IMG/VR virus record: IMGVR_UViG_2508501001_000004
Span: 1 to 64,000 of that record
Strand: one strand, 5' to 3'
Length of the DNA stretch: 64,000 nucleotides
Source: a virus
Taxonomy: Duplodnaviria; Caudoviricetes
Position numbers and translations under genes: made by a program. The notes under the pieces were generated by a model that was not told the DNA's origin, ran no database searches, and saw only the letters and a list, made by a program, of their open reading frames with translations. The stretch's first letter is position 1, and each line of letters opens with the position of its first letter. Positions 27,336 through 35,861 of this stretch are shown piece by piece.

Positions 27336-27923
27336 TTAAAATTTCGGGAATTTCCCCTCATCAATAAGCCTTTGTCTTTGCTTAGCCATTTTGGCTGCTT
27401 CTCGCTTTTGCTTTTCCAAAAGCCCTTCTCTTTCCGCCTCGGCTTCCCTCCATGATATTAACTTAGGAATTGCCGCATAAATAAGGTTCTCTATAGATCC
27501 AAACTTTTTACCCGTAAATGGGCAAATATATTGCGTCTTTATGCCTATCTCGGCCAACTCTGCGCCCTTGGGGAAAAGATTACGTATAAGATCATCCTTT
27601 ACGTCAGCGATAACTCCCTGGGAAGGATCTAGACTGTGCACATAGATATAGTGGTCCCAGTCTCTCATTAGGTCTTGCATCGTGTAAACAATCCCGCTCC
27701 TCTCAACGGCTTTAGGAGATGGGTCTTTCTTCTTTTGAGCCTTAACCGGGGCCGGGTTCATTTTTTCCTGTATGGCCGCATTAACGAAGGCGTTAACGCT
27801 CAAGCCTTTCTTCTCGGCAAAAGCTTGGATTACTTCCTTTTCCCCTTTTTTCACAGTAAGGGGTATCCGATCATATGCCTTTTCGTTATACTTTCGATTT
27901 GCTTTAGTTCGCGCCGTGGGCAT
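27336..27923 (-). CDS. Arc/RHH DNA-binding protein with C-terminal extension
   Basis: ANRKYNEKAYDRIPLTVKKGEKEVIQAFAEKKGLSVNAFV. Confidence 0.75.
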   Translation of the reverse strand: MPTARTKANRKYNEKAYDRIPLTVKKGEKEVIQAFAEKKGLSVNAFVNAAIQEKMNPAPVKAQKKKDPSPKAVERSGIVYTMQDLMRDWDHYIYVHSLDPSQGVIADVKDDLIRNLFPKGAELAEIGIKTQYICPFTGKKFGSIENLIYAAIPKLISWREAEAEREGLLEKQKREAAKMAKQRQRLIDEGKFPKF

Positions 27924-27956
27924 AGCATCACCTCAACCTAAGCATAACACAAAAAA

Positions 27957-28031
27957 TGTACTAACGCTAGTATAATTATAATTGACTATGTACTAGCGCT
28001 ATGGTATATTATATGTAATAACACTAGTACA
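27957..28031 (+). promoter_or_regulatory. sigmaA promoter with TGTACTA(A/G)CGCTA repeats
   Basis: TTGACT-N17-TATATT; two direct repeats and an inverted CTAGTACA copy. Confidence 0.7.
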
Positions 28032-28050
28032 TACAAAGGAGGCCGCCACA

Positions 28051-28248
28051 ATGACGAACTTTACCACCATCACCGAACTTGAAATACTCCGCTTAGCATC
28101 CTTTGAATTGCTAGCAATGGCAAGCAAAGAAGCTGATAGGCTGAGGGCCAACCCCGAAAGCCAAATCGCACAGCACCGCCACAACAAGTTTTACAAGCAA
28201 TACGATGAGATAAAAAAGAGAATAATCACATTGGAAAACGCAATATAA
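28051..28248 (+). CDS. Small helical hypothetical protein
   Basis: AAAGGAGG RBS directly after promoter. Confidence 0.7.
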   Translation: MTNFTTITELEILRLASFELLAMASKEADRLRANPESQIAQHRHNKFYKQYDEIKKRIITLENAI

Positions 28249-28305
28249 AAACCAAAGCCGAAAGCCGGGCGGCTAAGCCCGGCGTGATGAGAAAGGATGA
28301 TATGT

Positions 28306-28455
28306 GTGAATTCTAAGGTATATGAAGACAATTATGGAATATGTCGTTGTGAAAAGTGCAGCACTGAATTACTATGCGATGAAAATGGGGATATGCCTGA
28401 TGTTTGCCCATCGTGTAAAACTACTCTTGACTGGTCCATTTACGAACCCGCCTGA
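28306..28455 (+). CDS. Small zinc-ribbon protein (49 aa); stop codon lies in the ribozyme core
   Basis: AAAGGA RBS, GTG start, CEKC...CPSC. Confidence 0.65.
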   Translation: MNSKVYEDNYGICRCEKCSTELLCDENGDMPDVCPSCKTTLDWSIYEPA

Positions 28456-28519
28456 CGATGGCCTGAGGGACCAGGCCGAAACCTAACCCGGACAAGCCCC
28501 GGGGAGGTCGCGGGATCCC
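28447..28519 (+). ncRNA. Type I hammerhead ribozyme
   Basis: Stem I CCCGC/GCGGG, CUGACGA, stem II GGCCUG/CAGGCC, GAAA, stem III CCU/AGG + CCCGG/CCGGG, GUC cleavage triplet at 28507-28509. Confidence 0.9.
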
Positions 28520-28656
28520 GCTTCGAGCTGGCTTTGCAAAGTCAGCCTTGATATAGATTTTGATCTTTGTGGCCTAAATATTTATACTTTCGGCAGGAAT
28601 CTCCATAATTTAAGAGAAACTATACTAAAAATACAATATTTTGGGGGTTGTTCATA

Positions 28657-29574
28657 ATGGGGGAACAATTGCGGAAAGCGGCATATAAGGGCGACGTTGT
28701 CATTGGTAATATTAGAATACCTTGCGCTGTGTTAGACAATGGGAAAAGAGTATTAAGCGAAACTGGTATAACCCATGCTATACTAGGAACGGCAAGCGGT
28801 GCATCAAGGCGACTAAAAAAAGAACACCAAGAAGCCGGGGCCCCTTTGCCCGTTTTTATAGCCCCTAAAAACCTGAAACCCTTTGTTGATAAGGCTTTAG
28901 ATGTCGGGTCCCTTGATCCAATTTTATATTTAGACGGGAAAAGAACCGTCAGTGGTTACGATGCATCAATTCTTCCTACTGTATGTGATATTTGGCTTAA
29001 TGCAAGAGAGGCAAATATATTACAGAAACAACAATTAGATAAGGCATTGAAAGCAGAAATTCTTATGAGGGGCCTTGCTCATACAGGTATAATAGCTTTG
29101 ATTGACGAGGCTACTGGATATCAAGAAGTAAGAGAAAAAGATGCCCTTCAAAAATTGCTAGCCATTTACTTGACAGATGAAAGACTAAAATGGGCAAAAA
29201 TGTTCCCAGATGAATATTATCGACAACTATTTAGATTGAGAAAATGGAATTATGATCCCCTTGATACACACAGACCGAGATTGGTTGGAAAATTGACTAA
29301 TCAATTGGTATATGAAAAGCTGCCCCCCGGTGTTCTTGATGAGCTAAAGAAATTGAACCCCGTCAAAAATAAACAGTCAGGTAGAAGAGAAGCTACCCAC
29401 CACCAACATCTTTCAACAGACATTGGACAAAAGGACTTACGTGACCATCTTATGCAGTTGATAGCTATCATGAGGATATCATCTTCGTGGGAAATATTTA
29501 AAAAGAATTTTCAAAAGGCTTTTCCTCCTTCAAGCGGAATACAGGAAGAATTATTTGAAGAAGAAGATCTATAA
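28657..29574 (+). CDS. P63C-domain protein
   Basis: GIIALIDEATGYQ..R...ALQ..L..YL...W.K.FPDEYY; HHQHL. Confidence 0.85.
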   Translation: MGEQLRKAAYKGDVVIGNIRIPCAVLDNGKRVLSETGITHAILGTASGASRRLKKEHQEAGAPLPVFIAPKNLKPFVDKALDVGSLDPILYLDGKRTVSGYDASILPTVCDIWLNAREANILQKQQLDKALKAEILMRGLAHTGIIALIDEATGYQEVREKDALQKLLAIYLTDERLKWAKMFPDEYYRQLFRLRKWNYDPLDTHRPRLVGKLTNQLVYEKLPPGVLDELKKLNPVKNKQSGRREATHHQHLSTDIGQKDLRDHLMQLIAIMRISSSWEIFKKNFQKAFPPSSGIQEELFEEEDL

Positions 29575-29717
29575 CACAAAAAAAGCCCCCATCGTTTTCA
29601 ATGGGAGCCTAAGCTTGTAACCTTATGGGACAATCTGGCATAGTATGTATTGCGGTGTAGACATGGCATCGCTTCCTTTCTGATAAAGGGGGAGAGTTTA
29701 GGCGAGGCTCTCCCCTG

Positions 29718-29966
29718 TTACATTTTCCAGAGCATCCACTTGCAGGCCTGCACCTCATAGTTAAGTTCAAATACCTTTAGTATTCCATCAATTTCACTCT
29801 GGCAGCGGAAAATGATCATGCGCTTGCCAGCGATTTTTTCTTCCACCGTATGTACCACGCGCTGGACTTGGACCACAGATCCCTCGTGTCTGAATCGTAC
29901 CGGATGAGGTTTACCGGCTTGATCGAACCATGCTACCATTTCCACCGGCTTAGCGATTATTTTCAT
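29718..29966 (-). CDS. Conserved small protein under a LexA box
   Basis: KPVEMVAWF..G.P.PVRF; FEL.YE....KW.L motif; AAGGAG RBS. Confidence 0.7.
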   Translation of the reverse strand: MKIIAKPVEMVAWFDQAGKPHPVRFRHEGSVVQVQRVVHTVEEKIAGKRMIIFRCQSEIDGILKVFELNYEVQACKWMLWKM

Positions 29967-29986
29967 ACATATATTCGCTCCTTAAA

Positions 29987-29998
29987 GAACGTTTGTTC
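29987..29998. promoter_or_regulatory. LexA (Cheo) box
   Basis: GAAC-GTTT-GTTC between TATAAT and the RBS of 29718-29966. Confidence 0.8.
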
Positions 29999-30176
29999 TA
30001 TTATAAGGCGAATGAAGCGAAATTGGTAGAGGAAAGTTTTGGGTGTCGTGATCATCCAATAACAAAAAGACTCCTCATCATTCGATGAGAGTTAATTTGC
30101 GCTATTAAAACTCAAGCCTTACTTAGGAAGTCCAAATTTAAATACTAAGAATGTACAAAACCATCCCCTTTTATAG

Positions 30177-31181
30177 CTATTTATTGATTATCTTACCTAT
30201 ATTCTTCATCTCTATAGATAAAGTTCCATCAGGATTATTAATGAACTCAATATAGTCCTTATTATGGAAGTAATCCGCTGGAAATGTTATTTCGATTCCC
30301 GTGTCAGTTTTAATCCTATGATTTTTTCCCTTTTTGATTGCAAAGGATCTATCTACCTTTACTGTCTCGGGAATGCCAGTATTTTTTACTTCTTTAATAT
30401 ATTCTTCTTGCATTATAGGAGAAGAGTTAAATACTTCTTTGCCTAATTCTGTCGTATCTAAGTATTCTGATACTTCCGCGTTTTCTACTAAATAATTTTT
30501 AACCTTAGAGATAGCCGCAACACTGCTTTGTCCATGATTCTCTGATACCATGCGTGTAATGGAATGAAGCAAATCAATTGCGTTTTTAGGAGAAATAGTA
30601 GAGTTACATCCTAAAACTATATCGGATAGGATATAAGTATCCTTACCATCAATAAATCTTTTCTTGTCACAGAATCTAATATCTAGAGAGCTTACCTCAA
30701 TAATGGCATATTCATCGATTTTTTGTGAAATATTTGGTAATATAGCATAATGATTGATGATTCCATTTTGTATTTTTCCCTCATTTTTAATTACTTGATG
30801 AGTAAACCCCACTTTATTATTACATTTTAATATTGCAATAAACCTTTTATCATCAATGTTCACGTCACAAACGATTAAATCTGCAGGTTCTAAAATATCT
30901 GATAGAGATATAGCGGAGTATACTAATTCTGCGGTATGAACAGAAAAACTAGTAAAGTCTATATTATCGGTAACGTATTCCGTAAGTTTTTTCTTGTAAC
31001 TACTATCTGCATTAAAATTACCAGATTTTGAACCAGAATCGTTCATTATCTTTTCAATATGTTTCGTTAAGAAAGTAAGAACACTTTTACTCCCTATATC
31101 TAATTCCTGATCTGAAAATACCATTATACCGGACTTGAAATCCAGAATATGCAGAATAGCCTTATTTATTATCGTTATCAA
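30177..31181 (-). CDS. YejK/NdpA (37-kDa nucleoid-associated)-like protein
   Basis: INKAILHILD start, IAILKCNNK, KIDEYAII, IKTDTGIEI.FP motifs. Confidence 0.7.
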   Translation of the reverse strand: MITIINKAILHILDFKSGIMVFSDQELDIGSKSVLTFLTKHIEKIMNDSGSKSGNFNADSSYKKKLTEYVTDNIDFTSFSVHTAELVYSAISLSDILEPADLIVCDVNIDDKRFIAILKCNNKVGFTHQVIKNEGKIQNGIINHYAILPNISQKIDEYAIIEVSSLDIRFCDKKRFIDGKDTYILSDIVLGCNSTISPKNAIDLLHSITRMVSENHGQSSVAAISKVKNYLVENAEVSEYLDTTELGKEVFNSSPIMQEEYIKEVKNTGIPETVKVDRSFAIKKGKNHRIKTDTGIEITFPADYFHNKDYIEFINNPDGTLSIEMKNIGKIINK

Positions 31182-31809
31182 TATGTTCGCCTTCTCTTTC
31201 TTTTTTAAAGATAATCAAAAGCTTATAGGCAATACTCTCTCTAAACAATACTATTGTATTATATATAGCACTCTTTAGTTCGTAAATAATTCGAAATATA
31301 TACGTGAAGTAGATAATAAGTACCAGTACCGCCAAGCTATTATTAATTATATAATTACTAGTCAATACCCATTCATTGACTATACAATTTAAGAACAGCA
31401 ATATCACACCAGTTATACATAATCCTATAAAATACAGAAACAATACAGATTCATAATATTTAGTACTGATCATCAAAGATGATACACCATCAGTTTTGAG
31501 TTTTGCTAGTTCCTTTATATATTTATCGCTCAAAAATGCCAATAAAATAGCATAGATAGTAAATAGGTATCCAAATATATAAAGCAACACATTAAGAAGA
31601 ACCCCTACTATAGCTAATAATATTTTTACCGTATTTTCATTAATCCCTATTATGGCAGCAAAAAAGACACCTAGAACAAAGCTAATAACGAAAGCAATCC
31701 AATTATTTTTATCTGGAGTAATTTCTTTGAAGGCGTCTATTATCATCTTTTTTGCAGGTGTTTTTTCTGTAAATTCATTAATTGTCGCAAAATATTTTTC
31801 TTCGTTCAT
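31162..31809 (-). CDS. Four-TM membrane protein
   Basis: Four hydrophobic segments; overlaps next gene by 20 nt. Confidence 0.8.
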   Translation of the reverse strand: MNEEKYFATINEFTEKTPAKKMIIDAFKEITPDKNNWIAFVISFVLGVFFAAIIGINENTVKILLAIVGVLLNVLLYIFGYLFTIYAILLAFLSDKYIKELAKLKTDGVSSLMISTKYYESVLFLYFIGLCITGVILLFLNCIVNEWVLTSNYIINNSLAVLVLIIYFTYIFRIIYELKSAIYNTIVLFRESIAYKLLIIFKKEREGEHIDNDNK

Positions 31810-31846
31810 TAATTTACACCTGCTTTCTGTCGAAGAAATCACAATA

Positions 31847-32791
31847 TCACAATAATGAACGTAAGGCAGCTACATATCTTTTATACCAAGCCTCGTTTTC
31901 CTTACTAACATTTTTTATTATTGATTCTTTTTGTGCAATTAAAACGAAATATTCATCATCATCGCTAGTTACATCTTTAGCGAAAGCAATTTTCTTGTTA
32001 GACGAAAAAGAATCTTCTCTAATTTTTTCATCCTCGCCGTCTTTATTCTTAACAAATAGTGTTGTTCTAGCTTGCCCAGAAGTCTCTTCTAATAATTTTT
32101 GAATTCCCTCTTTAGAGTCCGGGGAGTTAAATGTTAAATTAGTGGTATTTGAACCGAGACTTTTCATTTCTGCTCTAATTGAGTTTGCAATTGGTCGCTT
32201 ACCAAAATCATTATTAAGTGGAAAAAAATTAAGTTTTACCCACTTAATTTTTTGAACACTTTTGAGTACAGCGTTAATGTCTTCTTTAAGTGGCATATCT
32301 ACAATATTGACTAAGGCGTTCGGCAAAGTTGTAGTAGGCTTACGTTTATTTTCTCGTTGTTCCTTATTAGCTTCACGGGTATATTTATTCAGAATATATC
32401 TTACTGTAGCTTGGAAGCTTCTAATATCGGGACTTACAGATTCATTTCGCACCAGAATCATGCGATGATTTTTTAAAAAAATAATAAATCTTGAGTAAGG
32501 AGCCGTTGGGTGCTTTGCCGGGGAAGCGGTTAACGCTCCATTCGTAACAGTTGTATGAATCGTATATTCAGTTTCTTTTATATAATTTCCAACGAGTATA
32601 TATTCCCCGCCTTTGATTTGCTTGATCTCAACATCAGTAAATAGAAAATGAGGGATTTCATCAACCTTTCCCCTCATGATACCAGATGTAAAAGCAGGAA
32701 AAATGATGTCCTTGAAATGTGATAGCATTGGCTCTGCTTTTTCCCCAAAGGTAATATTGAAATTAGCCAAGTGCATTATCTTTTCGTTCAC
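31847..32791 (-). CDS. Hypothetical soluble protein, DUF4747-like
   Basis: FIIFLKNHRM..SP....F...L and VNIV..P...I...L..I..V.L..PLN.D pattern reminiscent of DUF4747. Confidence 0.5.
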   Translation of the reverse strand: MNEKIMHLANFNITFGEKAEPMLSHFKDIIFPAFTSGIMRGKVDEIPHFLFTDVEIKQIKGGEYILVGNYIKETEYTIHTTVTNGALTASPAKHPTAPYSRFIIFLKNHRMILVRNESVSPDIRSFQATVRYILNKYTREANKEQRENKRKPTTTLPNALVNIVDMPLKEDINAVLKSVQKIKWVKLNFFPLNNDFGKRPIANSIRAEMKSLGSNTTNLTFNSPDSKEGIQKLLEETSGQARTTLFVKNKDGEDEKIREDSFSSNKKIAFAKDVTSDDDEYFVLIAQKESIIKNVSKENEAWYKRYVAALRSLL

Positions 32792-32843
32792 TCTGATCTC
32801 CTCCTGATAATTAATCTAGTTATTACGCAATATTTTAACTAGA

Positions 32844-32871
32844 TTCGTCATCACTTGGCTAAATTCCTTTT
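32844..32871 (-). promoter_or_regulatory. sigmaH-like promoter of the three-gene operon
   Basis: AAAGGAATTT-N11-GACGAAT. Confidence 0.65.
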
Positions 32872-32904
32872 CTTTACATCAAAAGTCAACAAAACTGTTT
32901 AGCG

Positions 32905-32936
32905 AAAGCCCCCTTCAGCTAAGGAGAGGGCTTTCA
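32905..32936. terminator. Terminator of element 2 lysis operon
   Basis: GAAAGCCC...GGGCTTTC hairpin after holin stop. Confidence 0.65.
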
Positions 32937-32962
32937 TCATGCCTATATTAACCTCGCGCCAC

Positions 32963-33361
32963 CTACATTACCGGATCGCTCTCTACCTCCGCGCTGGGCT
33001 GCGGCGTAATAATCGGCGGGCTGACGTCCGGGACCTGGGCCTTATAAACAACTGGCTCAAGGGCACTAACCACCGACTGCTGCGTACTCGGCTGGCTAAT
33101 GTTATGGGCACCGGCCGCCGTGATCGCCACCAAAAACGAGTTAAGCACGGATAACCCAATAGCCTCAACCGTAAAATTACCGCTGACAAACAGGGTAAAA
33201 AGCTGGATCACCAGCGCAAAGCCCACGGCCATAAGCCGTATCCACCAGTCGCTTAATCGTGCCTTGACAGGCTCCTTAAAGAATTGGACGAGCAAATACG
33301 TCACAGCAACCAGACCGGCATAACTCCCCAGGTAGGACGTGGTAAATAAATCGGTGGGCAT
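32963..33361 (-). CDS. Holin (3 TM)
   Basis: LGSYAGLVAVT.LLVQFFK; position after endolysin. Confidence 0.7.
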   Translation of the reverse strand: MPTDLFTTSYLGSYAGLVAVTYLLVQFFKEPVKARLSDWWIRLMAVGFALVIQLFTLFVSGNFTVEAIGLSVLNSFLVAITAAGAHNISQPSTQQSVVSALEPVVYKAQVPDVSPPIITPQPSAEVESDPVM

Positions 33362-33401
33362 GTTGATTCCTCCTTTGTAATTTGCAAATTATGCAATTTG
33401 C

Positions 33402-34142
33402 TTACCCCAAATACTTCGCCACAGCAGCCGCTGTCTGATATTTATCGTTCCCACTCAACAGGACTTCGTTTGGATGATTGGTCGTTGCCCCGCCCACCAC
33501 GATCAGCTTTTCAGCCGCCCTAGCCTCCGCCGGCACAGAGAGATCCGGAGGCCGCACAAAGATGGCACAATTACCATGCTTTACGGCAACATCATACCCC
33601 GCCCAGAAGTCTTCCTTCGTATATAGTAGGACAGCTGTTTTTAGCACATCTCTCCCTCCCTTCAAATCCTTGAATAACCTATCCCACGGGAATCCAACCC
33701 CCGGGCAATTAGGCCTATTAACACTGTCGATACGGTAATGCCCTATGATGTGATCAGCATCAATCGGTATACCGTATTTTTGCGTTAGATCCTTGTGCAG
33801 CCAAAGCGTGGCTTGGTATTGGGCCTCCGGCATCACATCTCCTGGCTGGCCCTCATGCTCGATCCCGAGTGTGTAAGTGTTTGGGTTCGTGCCATCATAC
33901 AAAGCCCAGCTTGGCTTGTTGCGAATGCCCGCGTGCCAAGCCGTGTCTCCTTCTTTGACCAGCTGCAGGATGCGGCCTGTCTTTGTTACGAGATAGTGAG
34001 CACTCGATTGCGAAGCCGGATTGCAAAGCCAATTGAGACAGCCAGGGTAACTGCCGGCGGTGACGTGGTCCACTATGGCAATGATTTTGCGTCCTCCCCT
34101 GCTACTGTAATTCGGGGATGGATGCCATTCGATTACTGGCAT
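33402..34142 (-). CDS. Endolysin, Amidase_2 with CWB2-like C-terminus
   Basis: DHVT, SAHY, AWHAG, GIEHEG, IIGH..CPG motifs. Confidence 0.9.
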   Translation of the reverse strand: MPVIEWHPSPNYSSRGGRKIIAIVDHVTAGSYPGCLNWLCNPASQSSAHYLVTKTGRILQLVKEGDTAWHAGIRNKPSWALYDGTNPNTYTLGIEHEGQPGDVMPEAQYQATLWLHKDLTQKYGIPIDADHIIGHYRIDSVNRPNCPGVGFPWDRLFKDLKGGRDVLKTAVLLYTKEDFWAGYDVAVKHGNCAIFVRPPDLSVPAEARAAEKLIVVGGATTNHPNEVLLSGNDKYQTAAAVAKYLG

Positions 34143-34158
34143 AATTTACTCTCTCCCT

Positions 34159-34419
34159 TCATTTTAATAACGCTAACGTCCCCACTCCCGCACTAATGAT
34201 GGCCCCAGCGACAGTGCGCCAGAGCCATGTATTGTTTGCTTCAAGTTTGTCAATGCGATGAGTATTCGATTTTGACCGTTGCTCGGTTTCGGTTGCCTTT
34301 TCTTCGACAGAGCACACCCTCTCCCTGAGGTCGTTTTGAGCGTCCAATTTTGTTTCGACTCTCACTACGCGCTCCCGGATCTCCATAAGTACTTCTTGCT
34401 GATCTCCCACCCACATCAA
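34159..34419 (-). CDS. xhlA: XhlA hemolysin-family lysis protein
   Basis: RIDKLEANNTWLWRTVAGAII motif. Confidence 0.8.
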   Translation of the reverse strand: MMWVGDQQEVLMEIRERVVRVETKLDAQNDLRERVCSVEEKATETEQRSKSNTHRIDKLEANNTWLWRTVAGAIISAGVGTLALLK

Positions 34420-34490
34420 CTCCTTCGTTTTAGAAATAAAAATAACCGCCAGAATGACGGTTTAGGTACTTGTGACTACACATAATGGAT

Positions 34491-35225
34491 CTACTGCTTA
34501 ACATCTCTCTTATGCTTAATATAGATCCAACTTATAGGTTCTGTATCAGCATGAGCAATTAGCTTAAAGTTACAAAATCTTGACTTATAAAAATATTTCT
34601 CTTTACATGTAGTATTCCCCTCGTTTTCAGATACCTCATAAGTATACTTCATTTTTTCCCCGGCAATTGTAGTGTAGGTTATTGTTGATTTTCTTAAGAG
34701 TTGCGGTTCAAATTGAAACGCCATATCTTGAGCAAAAATAAAAACCTTTTGCTTAATAGAAATAATTGGAATCCTCTTTTGCAGAGTTACCCTTTTCTTC
34801 GAAATCTGCCCTTCGATATCTATAGAAATATTTACATTGGTTACTAAAGAAGGGCCCAGATTTTCAATTTTCAAGAAGTTTGTTCCTGAACAAAGCGCCC
34901 CTGTTTTAACACGATCATGTAATTTCACAAGGGATTCGGTTTCTACTAATCTAATGTCTTCTGTTGGTTCATAATTATAACCTTCTAGCCTAGTTCCAAG
35001 ATTATCAATTTCTTCAGCAACAATAAACGATCTATGTTGGAATCTTTTGTCTCCGATATCACGAAAGTAATTATAGACGACAGTGAGCAAGAATACTGTT
35101 AGAGCTCCAACTACCCCCGATAACAACGGAGAATTCCACATCGTACGTGAATTAAGAGCCGCTTTTAAATGTTCTAATTCAAGTGATAATTGTTGAACCT
35201 GAAGGATTAAATCATTAAATTCCAT
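34491..35225 (-). CDS. AT-rich moron, single-TM hypothetical protein
   Basis: One TM near the N-terminus; own upstream promoter-like region. Confidence 0.6.
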   Translation of the reverse strand: MEFNDLILQVQQLSLELEHLKAALNSRTMWNSPLLSGVVGALTVFLLTVVYNYFRDIGDKRFQHRSFIVAEEIDNLGTRLEGYNYEPTEDIRLVETESLVKLHDRVKTGALCSGTNFLKIENLGPSLVTNVNISIDIEGQISKKRVTLQKRIPIISIKQKVFIFAQDMAFQFEPQLLRKSTITYTTIAGEKMKYTYEVSENEGNTTCKEKYFYKSRFCNFKLIAHADTEPISWIYIKHKRDVKQ

Positions 35226-35388
35226 ACACTAAATTAGTCCTTTCTAAAATAAAAATAAAGTTACTAATTTAGTGTTCTACATGATAGATCATTATCCTTG
35301 TTTCTACACAAATCAATTATTAACATGTGCAGGGCAAAGAAAAAAGACCTCTCGGTCCCTGCTTTGCCCCAATTCTTTACTGCGGACA

Positions 35389-35535
35389 TTACCGCTTAAT
35401 TAAATCTTGCCTACCTTCGCCGATCAGGATCGCGTCAACATCATCCTGATAGCGCTGATAGAGTGTAATACTAAATACATACTCGTAGTCTTGCTTGCCA
35501 TCTAGGATCTTGCCTGCGATATACATAGCCATCAT
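35389..35535 (-). CDS. Small fibre-associated protein (48 aa, XkdX-equivalent position)
   Basis: MMAMYIAGKILDGKQDY...DAILIGEGRQDL; TAATG overlap. Confidence 0.65.
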   Translation of the reverse strand: MMAMYIAGKILDGKQDYEYVFSITLYQRYQDDVDAILIGEGRQDLIKR

Positions 35536-35861
35536 TAAATTCCTCCTCCTGTTAATTGTGGAATAATGCTAAACATTAATTCCTCGATTACCGTGTCTTG
35601 CATGGCGACTTTCTTTTGCAGTATTTCAAGTTCGGTTGGTTCTGGAGGTGGTTGTGGCGGTCGTTCCGTTGGAATAATGTCAATTAGTTCTCTATTTTCG
35701 TTTAGCACAAACTCAAAATAAGGAGCGTGTTTTTTGATTTTCTCAGCTAACAATTGTCCAAGTTCTGTCGTTTCGTCCACCACGTAATTCTCGTCGTTAT
35801 ACCAATCGGTGTCAGGGTAAAAACTATTGGTTTCAAAACCTTTATCCTGCTTTACAATCAT
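35535..35861 (-). CDS. Tail fibre-associated protein
   Basis: P.PPEPTELE.LQ.. coiled-coil C-terminus; position. Confidence 0.55.
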   Translation of the reverse strand: MIVKQDKGFETNSFYPDTDWYNDENYVVDETTELGQLLAEKIKKHAPYFEFVLNENRELIDIIPTERPPQPPPEPTELEILQKKVAMQDTVIEELMFSIIPQLTGGGI

